DNA of 64,000 nucleotides. Origin: the human T2T-CHM13v2.0 reference genome, Homo sapiens. Positions 18,345 to 37,375 of this stretch are shown one piece after another. The DNA is taken from NCBI RefSeq assembly GCF_009914755.1, contig NC_060925.1; one strand, given 5' to 3'. Below the pieces are notes generated by a model that worked only from the letters and a program-made list of their open reading frames with translations, did no database searches and had not been told where the DNA came from. The position numbers and the translations under genes were made by a program. Each line of letters starts with the position of its first letter. Position 1 is the first letter of the stretch.

Positions 18345-18419
18345 AAAAAAAGAAAAGAAAAGAAAGGAAAGGAAAGGGGAAAGGAAAAAGGAAAGGAAAG
18401 GAAAGGAAAGGAAAGGAAA
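18345..18419. repeat. (GAAAG/GAAAA)n purine repeat derived from an Alu tail
   Basis: Direct reading. Confidence 0.9.
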
Positions 18420-18546
18420 CCTGATAAGGTGGCCGGGCGCTGTGTCTTATGCCTGTAATCCCAGCACTGTGGGAGGCCGAGGAGGGCGGATCATGAGGTC
18501 AGGAGATCGAGACCATCCTGGCTAACACAGTGAAATCCCATCTCTA

Positions 18547-18796
<250 letters not shown>

Positions 18797-19510
18797 TTAC
18801 TTATTACCAAGTCAAGTAAAGCGGGGGGCGGGGGTGGGGGGACAAGGCATGGTAGCTCACACACTTTGAGAGGCTGAGGCAGGAGGATTGCTTGAGACCA
18901 GGAGTTCGAGACCAGCCTGGGCAACATAGCGAAACCTGATCTCTACTAAAAAAATTAGCCAGATAAGGTGGTCTGCACCTGTAGTTCTATCTTCTCAGAG
19001 GCTGAGGCAGGAAGATTGCTTGAGCCCAGGAGTCCAAGGTTGCAGTGAGTTATGATCATGCCATTGTATTCCAAGCTGGGTGAAAGAGTGAGACACTGTC
19101 TCAAAACAAAACAACAACAACAACAACAACTGGCTGTGCCAGGTGCAGTGGTGCACCCCTAGAGCCCCAGTGACTTGAGAGGCTGAAGCAGCAGGATTGC
19201 TTGAGACCAGGAGTTTGAGGCTGCACTGTGCCATGATCGCGCCCATTAATAGCCACTGTACTCTAGCCTGGGTAACATACCCCATATCTAAAAAATAAAA
19301 ATATATATGTATAATAAAATAAATAATTGGTTGTAAATCTAATTCTAAAATTAACATTATCTTTGACCTAGGGCATATTGTTTAATCCTGTTTTATCTCA
19401 TATCTCCATCAAGTTATGCAGGTATAATATGTATCTATAGCAAATAGTTAATGAATACTTTATCCGAAGATGAAAGGTGCTAAGTGGTTTTTATAAATAT
19501 CATACATTTA

Positions 19511-19850
<340 letters not shown>

Positions 19851-20522
19851 CTACACTTGCACTTAAAAACTTCAATTAAATATTTACTAGGAAAAATATG
19901 GTGGTTGAAGAAACTACTAGAACTCTGCATAATTAATGATGTAAGAAACAAGCCTATGATATGTGAGGTGCTACAACTTGAATGAGGGAGTAAGTAGTTT
20001 AAATACCAGGCCTGGTTTCAGGGTACTACTCAAACAGGAAACTCCAAACTGTAATTTGGTTAGTTATCTTCCACTCCCAGCCTCCACCCCCTCCAAAAAA
20101 CACCAAGACTGTCAACTCTGTGACGTGCTTTCCTAATGGCCTGTAGCTACATGACTCAAAGAAAAAGGTGTTTTCTTTGGAACACACAATTGTAAAACTA
20201 TACCCAGCATCCTACACCCTGATTTCTGGCAAACAAAGGAAAACTACCTTTTTTTTTTTTTTTCACTCATAGAAAACAGAATGGGGCCATAGGCCATTTA
20301 AAATGCCATAACTAGTTTAAACAGAAACAACAGTCTATCCAAATGTGACTGCATGCCTATATGTTCTCTGTCAAATTGGAAATTAGAGGGAGCATTTTAT
20401 AAAATCAGATGCTGAGAACAAAGATTTATGTGCAGAATTGGCGTATGAACAGTTTCAGGCCCATCTTTCTTAGTCCTTTATTAGTATAAAACAAATTTGG
20501 GTGTACTTATATAATTTTTTAA

Positions 20523-21194
<672 letters not shown>

Positions 21195-22059
21195 TGAGCC
21201 ACTGCATCCAGCCTACTCTTTGTTCTGTAATGTATTCATCTGTCAGTTTCTCTTTGTTTCTATTACAGTTTCTAAGCATTGCAATTGAATCCTCCTGTCA
21301 AACAGAAATTCATACTAAGAAGCTTGAAGCTTGAACTATTGTAGCAGGATTTTTTTTTTTTTTAATTTTAGATACAGGGTATTGCTGTGTTGCCCAGGCT
21401 GGAGTGCAGTGGCTATTCACAGGTGCAATGATACATATCACAATACAGCCTCAACTCCTAGACTCAAGCAATCTTCCTGCCTCAGCCTCCTGAGTAACTA
21501 GGACAACAGGTGCGCATCACTGTGCCCTGCCCAGTGTTATTGTAGCAGTTTTAGAGATAAATGGCTTAATTAGATCTAATCAGCCACTGCTATGAAGCAC
21601 TTATGCATTAATTTTTTTCTTTGAGACAGGGTCTCACTTGTTGCCCAGGCTGGAGTGCAGTGGCACAATCACAGCTCACTACAGCCTCAACCTCCTCAGA
21701 TCAAAGGATCCTCCTGCCCCAGCCTCCCAAGTAGCTAAGACTATAGGCAAGCACCACACTTGGCTAATTTTTTTTTTTTGTAGAGGCAGGGTCTCCCTAT
21801 GTTGCTCAAGCTGATCTTAAACTCCTGGGCTCAAGTGATCCCCACTACCTCGACCTCCCAGAGTGCTAGGATTAAAAGCATGAGCCACCATGCCTGGCAA
21901 ATTTATGCATTCTTCAAAACTCTTTATTATACAGCTAAAACACTTTTACCTGGCATATTTAGATCTTCATTAAATTTGGTTTCTAGCTCCTTTAGCACAA
22001 TATTTTACTTGTGGCAAACTAGGAGAATATACTTAAAAGAACTCTTAGAATCCAGATTA

Positions 22060-23465
<1,406 letters not shown>

Positions 23466-23478
23466 GTATATATACATA

Positions 23479-24030
<552 letters not shown>

Positions 24031-24048
24031 TTAATTAGCCAGGTGTAG

Positions 24049-24690
<642 letters not shown>

Positions 24691-25069
24691 ACACATAATT
24701 GGAGATAATGTATTATAAATTTGGGAAGAAACAACTGTAAGCTTCTGTTGTTTATTTGCAACTTGGACCATATTTGAGATATATAGGAAAAGCATTAAAT
24801 ATAAATGGCCTAAACACTCCAATTATCCTACCACGTTGGGAGACTGAGGTGGAAGGACCACTTGAACCCAGCAGTTTGAGACCAGCTCAGCTCACTGTAA
24901 CCTCCACCTCCCGCATTCAAGCCATTCTCCTGCCTCAGCCTCCCAAGTAGCTGGGATTATAGGTGCCTGCCACCATACTCAGCTAATTTTTTTTTGTTGT
25001 TGTATTTTTAATAGAGACAGGGTTTCCTCATGTTGGCCAGGCTGGTCTCAACCTCCTGCCCTCAAGTGA

Positions 25070-25177
<108 letters not shown>

Positions 25178-26017
25178 TGAGACAGAGTTTTGCTTTCACC
25201 CAGGCTGGAGTGCAGTGATGTGATCTTGGCTCACTGCAACCTCCGCCTCCCAAGTTCAAGATTCTCCTGCCTCAGCCTCCCGAGTAGCTGGGATTATAGG
25301 CGTGTACCACCACACCCAGCTAATTTTTGTATTTTTAGTAGAGACGAGGTTTCACCATGTTGGCTAGGCTGGTCTCAAACTCCTGATCTCAGGTGGTCTG
25401 CCTGCCTCGGCTTCCCAAAGTGCTGGGATTACAGGCATGAGTCACCATGCCTGGCCCCTAATTCATTTTTCTTCAACAAAGAAGCAGCCTATAGCCAGAA
25501 AATGTCTGCCTCTGTCTCTTTTAACCTCCATGAGGTTTCCAGATAATAATCTGGTATTGGGTTTAACACACCTGACTGACCTTAGGACCCTAGGCTGACC
25601 TGGAGAGATTTTTTAAAACAGATTCTGAAAGTCCTACCTCCTGGAGATTCTGTATTTTGAAAAGGCAATTGGGCTGATTCCAAGTATTTGGACAGATTTC
25701 GGAGTCTTGGAAATAATGTACTGTTTGTCCTGGAGAGTAGGAAAAAGAGGGGAAGGAAGGAGGGAGAATATGAGGATATGAATATGTATGTGTGAATTTG
25801 AGATAACTGAGTCAGGGCCAGGTGTGGCTCTACCCCAACACAGGAGGTAAGAGGAAAGAAGGACATCTGCCTCTAAAAGTTTTGTAAAAGTGAAAATCAA
25901 GCACATTTGCATGAGAAGCAAAGAAAATGTTGCTCTGTTTTTTGTATTCAGTGGCTTTATTTTTTTTATACATATTTTGCTTATGTATCAACTATTTTTT
26001 TTTTGAGACAAGGTCCC

Positions 26018-26649
<632 letters not shown>

Positions 26650-26855
26650 TAAAAAAGAAGAGAAGCCAGATGCTGTAGCCAGTGTCTGTAATCTGAGACA
26701 TTCTCATAATTTCAACTATTTGCCTGTAATCTCAGCTACTCAGGAGGCTGAGGCAGAGGATTGCTTGAGTCCTGGAGTTGAAGGCTCAGTGAGCTGTGAT
26801 TGTGCCACTGCACTCCATGCTGGGCAACAGAACGAAACCCTGTCTCTAAAATAAC

Positions 26856-26876
26856 TAGATAAATAGATAGAGAGAC

Positions 26877-26904
<28 letters not shown>
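26856..26904. repeat. (TAGA)n tetranucleotide repeat in an Alu tail
   Basis: Direct reading. Confidence 0.9.
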
Positions 26905-26907
<3 letters not shown>

Positions 26908-28052
26908 CAGATTCTAGTGTATTTCATGTAAAGTGTTAAAGTAATTGAGACCCAGAATGTCCTTGTATAAGTCATGCAACTAGGAAGAGTCACTGTCCTC
27001 TTGTCATTTCCATCTTTTGCACTTTAGTAATGAGGATGCTATTTTGCCTAAGTCTTCTGGGCATAGCAAACTAATGCATCAGTAGTCACCATTGCATTTA
27101 CTGTGATAATTACGATTGTATAAATCTAACCTTTATTGAAAAACTTCCCTAAACCTCCATCAATCAAGTGAAAAAAAGATTGAATTTGGCAGTTGTTTCT
27201 TTTAAAAATTTAATGCTGTTGGTTGTATATTTTCTCTTTTGAAAATACCTAGTTTTAAAAGAGAGAGAGGCCAGGTGTGGTGGTACACACCTTTAATCCC
27301 AGTGCTTTTGGGAGGCCAAGCAGGGAGGATCTCTTGAGACCAGGCATTTGAGACCACCCTGAGCAATTTGGTGAGACCCTATCTCTACAAAACAAAATTG
27401 TTTTTGTAATTAGCCAGGAGTGATGGTACATGCTTATAGTCCTGGCTACTCAGGAGGCTGAGGCAGGAGGATCATTTGAGATCGGGAATTTGAGGCTGCA
27501 GTGAGCTGTGATTACACTACTGCACTTCATCCTGGGCAACAGAGTGAGACCCTGTTTCTAAAATAATAATAATAATAATAATAAATTTTTTTAAAAAAGA
27601 TGTTTTAGTGACTATTATGACCTTTTTACCCTCCTCCAAAAGTGTTACTTGCTTCAGATGTGAAATTGTTTACAGTCAACATGTTAGCTTATCATATGCT
27701 GTTCCTTGATGTATTTCTACAAAGTAGAGGTTCCACTTTAATTTCAGGATGGTTTTTCCACATGACTCTTTTTTTCTTCCTCTCTAGACTTCTCCAGAGA
27801 ACCTTGGAACAGTAGGTGGAGTGCAAAGCTGCATTGTGTACCTTCCTGCTTTTTTTTGGTTGCCTTCCTGCTGGTTTTTTTTTTTTTCCTTTCTTTAAAT
27901 TCTTGGCCCCGCCTTGGCTCTCCTTTCTCTGCCATTAAAACTAACTAACTAAACCCTGCATGCATGGTCATTATGAGGGGTTCATGGCCTTTTATTTCAG
28001 TTCTGCACATGTATCATGTCAGTTATGTTTTATGTCAAATCCTTAATATTAT

Positions 28053-28057
28053 GGTGT

Positions 28058-28110
<53 letters not shown>
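28053..28110. repeat. (TG)n microsatellite
   Basis: Direct reading; one TT interruption. Confidence 0.95.
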
Positions 28111-28114
<4 letters not shown>

Positions 28115-29038
28115 AGACAGGCTCTCACTCTGTTGCCCAGGCTGGAGTGCAGTATCTTAATCACAGCCAACTGCAGCATTGACCTCCCAGGCTCAAGCCA
28201 TCTTCCCAACTCAGCCTCCTGAGTAGTTGGGACTACAGGTGCACACCACCATGCCCAGCTAATTTTTGTTTTTGTATTATTTGTAGAGACAGGGTTTCAC
28301 CTTACTGCCCTGGTTGATCTCAAGCTCCTGAGCTTAAGCGATCTGCCTGCCTCAGCCTCCCACAGTGCTGGGATTACAGAAATGAGCCACTGTGCTCAGC
28401 CTATGATTGTCTCTAAGGCACTACTATGGTAAACAAATTGGAATCTCACCTCTACTTTCTGAAAACATTTCCCTCCAATTTAATGTACCCGCTTTCTAAT
28501 GCTTCTGCCCCGCAACCCTGAGCACTTTCCAATACCTAGGGTCCTTTTGTGAAGGGAGAAAATAATTTGATGAGCAGATATAAGTAAGGTACTAACAATG
28601 TGTTACCTCTCCCTGAACTATTTATATCCTGAAAAGGGCAGGGAAAGGGCAATGTTTAATAGAGAAAATGATTCACTCACTAATGAGGCAGGAATTCCCT
28701 GCCTCAGTAAGGCAAGATCTCATGCATTTGTTAAGATATCCACATTTTGTATACATGCGCCTTTAAAAGATTTTGAGCCGGCTCTGATCATTTCACCAGA
28801 TTTTGTCCTAAAATGATGTCAGCTTGGTTTGGTTCCTTTTTCTCCTTAGTAGTTTATCTGTTAATGGATTTTGATGTTTGGTGTCCATGTGATGTCCAGG
28901 AGTCTCCCTGTCTGCATGATTGTTTATCGTTGCTCCGATCCTTTCCAACTACCACAGGAAGAGAGGGGAAGGGACATTTTAGAGATTATGCTGAAATAAT
29001 ACATTTGCTTCCTTCCCTCTCTTCTTTTCATGTAACAG

Positions 29039-29212
29039 AGGAAGCAGACCAGCCCACTACAGAGCCAGGCATGGTCCTGGACAGTGTGGAAGCAGGAGAC
29101 ACAACACCTCCTACCAAAAGGAAGAGCAAGTTCTCAGGCTTTGGCAAGATCTTCAAGCCCTGGAAATGGAGGAAAAAAAAAAGTAGTGATAAATTTAAAG
29201 AGACTTCAGAAG
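29039..29212 (+). CDS. PHACTR4: PHACTR4 coding exon ([11 protein letters not shown]...[32 protein letters not shown]), conserved basic N-terminal motif
   Basis: Pyrimidine tract + CAG acceptor ending at 29038, donor G|GTGAGA. 174 nt, phase 1-1. Contains the Phactr family signature [13 protein letters not shown]. Confidence 0.97.
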
Positions 29213-30165
29213 GTGAGATATTAAGGGTTAAATGTGTGTTCTGAGTTAGAATTCTCTATGTTAGATGTATTTAATTTTTCCTTATCTTCCCAAGTTTCTG
29301 TAGTCCTCTATTTGAAGAGGGTATTTAATGTTTTATTCTTTCCTTCTTCTTTTTTTTTTTTTTTTTTTTTGGTGAGACAGGATCTCCCTCTGTTGCCCAG
29401 GCTAGAGTACAGTGGCGCAATCACAGTTCACTGCAGATTCAACCTCCTGGGCTCATGTAATCCTCCTGCCTCAGCCTCCCAAGTAGCTGGAAGTACAAGC
29501 ATGAGCTACTGTGCCCAGTTAATTTTTAAATTCTTTGTAGAGATGGGGTCTCCTTATGTTTCCCAGGCTGGTCTTGAACTCCTGGGCTCAAGCGATCCTC
29601 CCACCTCAGCCTCCCAAAGTGCTGGGATTACAAGCATGAGCCACTGTGGCTGGCCAGAGTTTAATCTTTTAGAATTAAACATCAAAATGGTCATGTACTA
29701 AACCTAATATTGTATACCCTCATTCCCAGGTTTGTATTTTGATGGCATATAAGTATCTATTGAGTGGTGAATGGAGTTCCTGAACTGTCGCAAATCTAAG
29801 ATGCTTCTTTCCATCAGAACTTGGTGAAGAAAATGACTGAATGAGTTGATACATACATAAATAAAATGCTTATTTTCTACTCTGCCCATCCACACAAAGT
29901 TCATCCGTAAATAACTTACTAATGAAATTTTCTCTTAAGTTACAATTATGTAAGGCTAGTTTTTTGGAAGTGATGCTTTCCTGACAGCACAGGTTATAAA
30001 AGAAATTTAAGAGTTTTAATTTGAAGTTAGTCTGCTAGTTATTTTCTTTCCTGAGAATATAAACTTAAACTACTTTATTCTTTTACCTGTAGAATTAGAA
30101 TGCTAAGTGTAAGGTTGACTTTCAACTGTCACATTTCTGAGTGCCATTTTCCAATTTAATGTTAG

Positions 30166-30967
<802 letters not shown>

Positions 30968-31072
30968 TAATAATGTCAAGACTTTCTTCAATGTGTGACT
31001 CTATGAAGCAAGTTATTGCAAATGTGAAAGTATAGTACATTGGTTGCATCTCATTTCTCTTCATCTGAGTTA

Positions 31073-31402
<330 letters not shown>

Positions 31403-31932
31403 TTAAAAAATCATATCCTTTGAAGAATAGGGGAAAGGAACCAAATAGATGGAGTATTACTGTATACTTTTTGGGCTTTAAACCATGCGAATATATTGCC
31501 TATTCAAAAAATTAAATTGTATGTATTGAAGATTTATTATCTCAACTGTATAAAAACTAACCAGAGACAACAAGCTTGAAGGAGCAATTTGAAATATTAT
31601 TACAATTGGTTACCTCTGAAGTTGAGGTGGGAACATGGGTGGGCTTTTTTTTTGTTTTTTAATTGAGACAGGGTCTCCCTATGTTGCCCAGGCTAGTCTC
31701 AAACTCATGGGCAGCACAAGCAGTCTTCCTGCCTCAGCCTCCCAAAGTGCTGGGATTACAGGCGTGAGCTGCTGTGCCCAGGTGCTATGCGATGTTTTCT
31801 TTCTTTCTTTTTTTTTTTTTGTATGTGACTAGTTATGAGCATATATAACTTTTGTTTTATATAACTCTATTTGTTTTTTTACATTAGGACACAAAATCTT
31901 CTCAGTATTTAGGTAGTTACGTACTACTTTAA

Positions 31933-32335
<403 letters not shown>

Positions 32336-32506
32336 TAAACCACATACATTACTCATTTCTTGTTTTTCACCTTCAGTCTCTTTTGCCCTACACTCACGGC
32401 AACCTCTGCCTCCTGGGTTCAAGCAATTCTCCTTCCTCAGCCTCCCGAGTAGCTGGAATTATAGGCATGCATCACCACACCCAGCTAATTTTTGTATTTT
32501 TAATAG

Positions 32507-32614
<108 letters not shown>

Positions 32615-32890
32615 TGATGATCTTTTGCCCTATACTTTCTATTAGCCCCTAATCCAAGTTGTTTTTAGCCTACAAGTTCACAGGCCCAATTAATAAACGA
32701 GTTGCAGCCATTGGACAAGATGCCATTCTGCCAACCAGATAAATGACCTAAGCTTTATTCTGTATCTAAAAACAGGGATGGGCCTCATGCTGGCTTATAG
32801 ATCTGCATTTTAGGCCAAAAGTAGTGTTTGAACCTTGAAGTCCTCTGCATACTTAAAGGGAACTTTTGGCTGGCCTGGCGCGGTGGCTCA

Positions 32891-33004
<114 letters not shown>

Positions 33005-34676
33005 TTAGCCAGGTATGGTAGTGCAGGCCTGTAGTCCTAGCTACTTGAGCCCAAAAGATGGAGGATGGCTTGAGCCCAGAAGATTGAAGGCTGCAGTAAG
33101 TATTAATTGCACCACTGCACTCCAGCCTGGGCGACAGAGTGAGACCCTGTTTTTTTTTTTAAAAAAAGGTGGCTTTTGGCTTGATTATAGTGCTAACTTG
33201 ACTGTACTGTAAAATATTTAATTGATTTTAATTGATTTTCTGGGTTTAGGGAGAACATTCAGTGATGTTAAAGCCCCATAGTACTACTCCACTTCATTAA
33301 CATTGCAGAACCCTCTATATTTAATATAAGAAATGATACTGCAAAGTAGACATCCCTGATTAAGTAACTTGAGATAACTGATCACTTTTGCATGTATTTC
33401 ACTAGTGTGTGCTGAGTAGAAACTAATTAACACTGTCTTAAACTTTATTATGTTGTTTTCACAAAGAGCAGCCTTTGTTGACTTTGAAATCATTGCTTCA
33501 GTATTCTAGAAAATCTTGTTTTTGTTAAACATGGGCAGTAACTTACTATTTTTGTATAGTTGTTGTCATCTTACCCCCACCCTGTTTTAAAAATAAAAAG
33601 TAGTTGTCAGATTACTTTGGCTTTAGAAGTACCTTTTCACTTGCCTTAGAATCTTCATTACTTTGAGCCTACACTCCACCTCTTATTGGAACTTCATGAA
33701 GAATGATGTTGGATTTCACTCTGTCACCCAGGCTAGAGCACAGTGGTCTGATCATGGCTTACTGTACCCTTGACCTCCTGGGTTCAAACAGTCCTCCCAC
33801 CTCAGCCTCCCAGGTAGCTGGGACTAGGCATGTGCCACCACACCCAGCTAGTTTTTTTACTTTTTTGTAGAGACAGGGTCTTACTATGTTTCGCAGGCTG
33901 ATCTCAAACTCTTGGGCTCAACGATCCTCCCGCCTCAGCCTCCCAAATTGTTGGGATTACAGGCATGAGCACCACTGTGCCCAGCCCATAACCATTTCTT
34001 TTTTTTTTTTTTTTTTGAGATGGAGTCTGTTGCCTCAGCCTCCCGAGTAGCTGGGATTACAGGCACCTGCCACCACACCCGAATAATTTTTGTATTGTTA
34101 GTAAAGACGGGGTTTCACCATGTTGGCCAGGCTGGTCTCAAACTCCTGACCTCAGATGATCCACCCGCCTCGGCCTCCCAGAGTGTTGGGATTACAGGCG
34201 TGAGCCACTACACCCGGCCCCCCATAACCATTTCTTATGTGAATCTATTCTCCTGCCAGACCAAACTAGTTGCCAGTGCCCCAAACACGTTGAATAACTT
34301 CACACCTTTATACATGCTGTCCTTCTTCCAAACAGACTGTCTTTATTCAGTGTGGTAGGCTCCTACTCCTTCAAGATCCAGTTCAAAGCAAGGCATGGTG
34401 GTGTGTGCTATAGTCCCATCTACTAGGGAGTCTGAGAGAGGAGGACTGTTTGAGCCCAGGAGTTCAAGGCCCATTCTGGTAACATAGCAAGACCATCTCA
34501 ACTCCAGCTCAGATACTTTCTGTGATGCCTTCCTAACTCTATTCTCACTCCAGGAAAATGATTTCTTCTTCATTCCTACCACAGTACTTCACTAATTAGA
34601 GCTCTTGACATTTAACATTGTAGTTACTTATATATAAGTTTGCCCTATTCGTTTGTCTTTTTTTTTCTTTCTTTGA

Positions 34677-34781
<105 letters not shown>

Positions 34782-35638
34782 TGAATAGCTGGGATTACAG
34801 GCGCTTGCTACCATGCCTGGATAATTTTTGTATTTTTAGTAGAGACAAGGTTTTACCATGTTAGACAGGCTGGTCTCGAACTCTTGACCTCAGGTGATCC
34901 ACCTGCCTCAGCCTCCCAAAGTGCTGAGATTACAGGTGTGAGACACTGCGCCCGGCTTTTATTTGTCTTATTCATATAACAACGTACTTGGCACATAGTA
35001 GGCTATCAAACATGTATTGGAAAAAGAAATCACTTGTTTCTGTTTAAGCATCCAGATAATCTAGATCTCAATAATAAACTAAAACAGGAAGACGAGGGAA
35101 AGAAGATAAGAAAGGTTAGAAATCACCAACCCTGGGCCGGGCACGGTGGCTCACGCCTGTAATCCCAGCACTTTGGGGGCTGAGGCGGGCAGATCACGAG
35201 GTCAGGAGATCGAGACCATCCTGGCTAACACGGTGAAACCCCGTCTCCACTAAAAAATACAAAAAATTAGTCGGGCGTGGTGGCAGGCGTCTAGTCCCAG
35301 ATACTCAGGAGGCTGAGGCAGGAGAATGGCGTGAACCCGGGAGGCAGAGGCTGCAGCGAGCCAAGATCATGCCACTGCACTCCAGCCTGGTCTGTGAGAC
35401 CCTGTCTCAAATCACCAACTCTGGCCAGGCGCAGTGATTCATGCCATTTATCCTAGCACTTCGGGAGACCAAGGCGGGCTGATTGCTTGAGCCCAGGAGT
35501 TCAAGACCAGCCTGGGCAACATAGTGAGACCCTGTCTCAATTTAAAAAAGAGAGAGAAAGAAAAAAAGAAATTACTAACTCTTCTTTCTATCTGTTCATG
35601 CCAACTTCATCACTTTGTACTCTTCTTTCACCTTGCAG

Positions 35639-35803
35639 GTGGTGAGGATCCAGGAAAGCCAAGCGATGCCATGTTAAAGAATGGCCATACCACCCCCATA
35701 GGGAATGCCAGATCATCTAGTCCAGTCCAAGTAGAGGAAGAGCCAGTAAGATTAGCAAGTCTTAGGAAAGCTATTCCAGAAGAGGACCTAAAGAAACGAC
35801 TAG
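35639..35803 (+). CDS. PHACTR4: PHACTR4 coding exon (GGEDPGKPSDAMLKNGH...EEDLKKRL)
   Basis: CAG acceptor ending at 35638, donor G|GTAAGA. 165 nt, phase 1-1. Confidence 0.96.
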
Positions 35804-36335
35804 GTAAGAAACTCTGGATTTTTGAGTTTAAGAGCCACGGGCCAGTTATTCTCCTTACATAAGGGGTTTGCAAGAGAACAGGGAAAAGTGAAATCTAGAG
35901 AGAATTACATTCTCCTTTAACAATACCTTAACTAGCAACTTCAAGGGGAATTTCCTCCCCCACCCCGCTTTTATTCACTAAATACCTAAATTTGTGATCC
36001 TCAAGAAGGGAAGAGGATGTTAAGTATCAGATACCTATAGGATTTTTTCCAGCTACACATTCCACTTCTTTCACCCAAGGAATTTTGTTGTGGCTCTCCT
36101 CCAGTAGCCTGGCCCTTGTGTGAAGAATCACTACCACAATGAGCATCTCTTAGTGAGCCTTTCTTACTGACATTTCTTAAGTATGGGGAGGTTGGGAGGC
36201 ATTGAGAATGGTAACCTATAAGCTAATCTATAAATTAATTGGTGAAATTGGCCACAAATTCATAGATGTGTTAGCTTTTTCAGTTTCTCTTGTTACTCTC
36301 TCTTCCCTTTTTATACCATACATGTTATTACACAG

Positions 36336-36722
36336 GCTCAACTGGAAGCCAGCCTAATTCTGAAGCAGAGTCTGTTCCTGAGAATGTACCCAAACCACCT
36401 TTACTTCCTCCCAAAAGACCCTTGTCCTCTTCTCATGAAGCAAGTGAAGGGCAAGCAAAGGATGCCACTTCCTCTGGCGGCACGGCAAGGTTCATCATCT
36501 CCACCTCCATCACCACAGCACCCGCTGCCACCACTGCTGCCACAAGCCTTGCAAAGACTGTTAATCTCTCTGTCACCCCTTCCCCAGCACCCAGGACTCT
36601 GCCTGCTGCTCCTGCCAGCACTAACACTACTGCTACCCCAAGCCTCACTCATATGGTCCCTGCCAAGCAGCCCCCTATCCCTCCCCCTAAACCAGCTCAC
36701 AGAAATAGCAACCCTGTCATTG
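36336..36722 (+). CDS. PHACTR4: PHACTR4 coding exon, Pro/Thr/Ala-rich region (GSTGSQPNSEAE...KQPPIPPPKPAHRNSNPVI)
   Basis: CAG acceptor ending at 36335, donor G|GTAAGT. 387 nt, phase 1-1. Confidence 0.96.
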
Positions 36723-37004
36723 GTAAGTAAGTCTTTAGGCTTCCAGTGTTTTGGGTTTGGTTTGATGTTGGATGGTTATTTTATTTGATAACTGGTACAA
36801 CATTGATTTGGTCTGTGAGAATTTTCCATATCTTGTCCCTTTGAATGACCTCAATATGGAGAAAAGTCTTAGGTTAAGAAAAAATAGGCCAGGTGCGGTG
36901 GCTCACGCCTGTAATCCCAGCACTTTGGGAGGCCGAGGTGGGTGGATCACAAGGTCAGGAGATTGAGACCATCCTGGCAACATGGTGAAACCCCATCTCT
37001 ACTA

Positions 37005-37139
<135 letters not shown>

Positions 37140-37331
37140 CTAGGCGACAGAGAGAGACTCCGTCTCAAAAAAACAAAAACAAACAAACAAAAAAAGTCAT
37201 GAAACTGAGGCAGATGGCCATAAATGTAAACATCACTAAGATTAGATTTAAGTTTTGGGGGTTTTAACCTATTTTTTAATCTAATATTTAATCTGTTTTT
37301 CTAAAACAATGATTCCAAAACACTATACATA

Positions 37332-37333
<2 letters not shown>

Positions 37334-37372
<39 letters not shown>
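37334..37372. repeat. (TG)n microsatellite
   Basis: Direct reading. Confidence 0.95.

Positions 37373-37375
<3 letters not shown>

Noticed and set aside
33255-33420. Possible C/D box snoRNA (GTGATG…CTGA)
   Set aside because: C box imperfect and no convincing terminal stem.
35740-35803. Possible extra RPEL-like motif (LRKAIPEEDLKKRLG)
   Set aside because: Lacks the core Arg and correct spacing; too weak to call.
36384-36788. Alternative-frame and antisense ORFs over the Pro/Thr-rich exon
   Set aside because: Expected by-product of C-rich, low-complexity codon usage.
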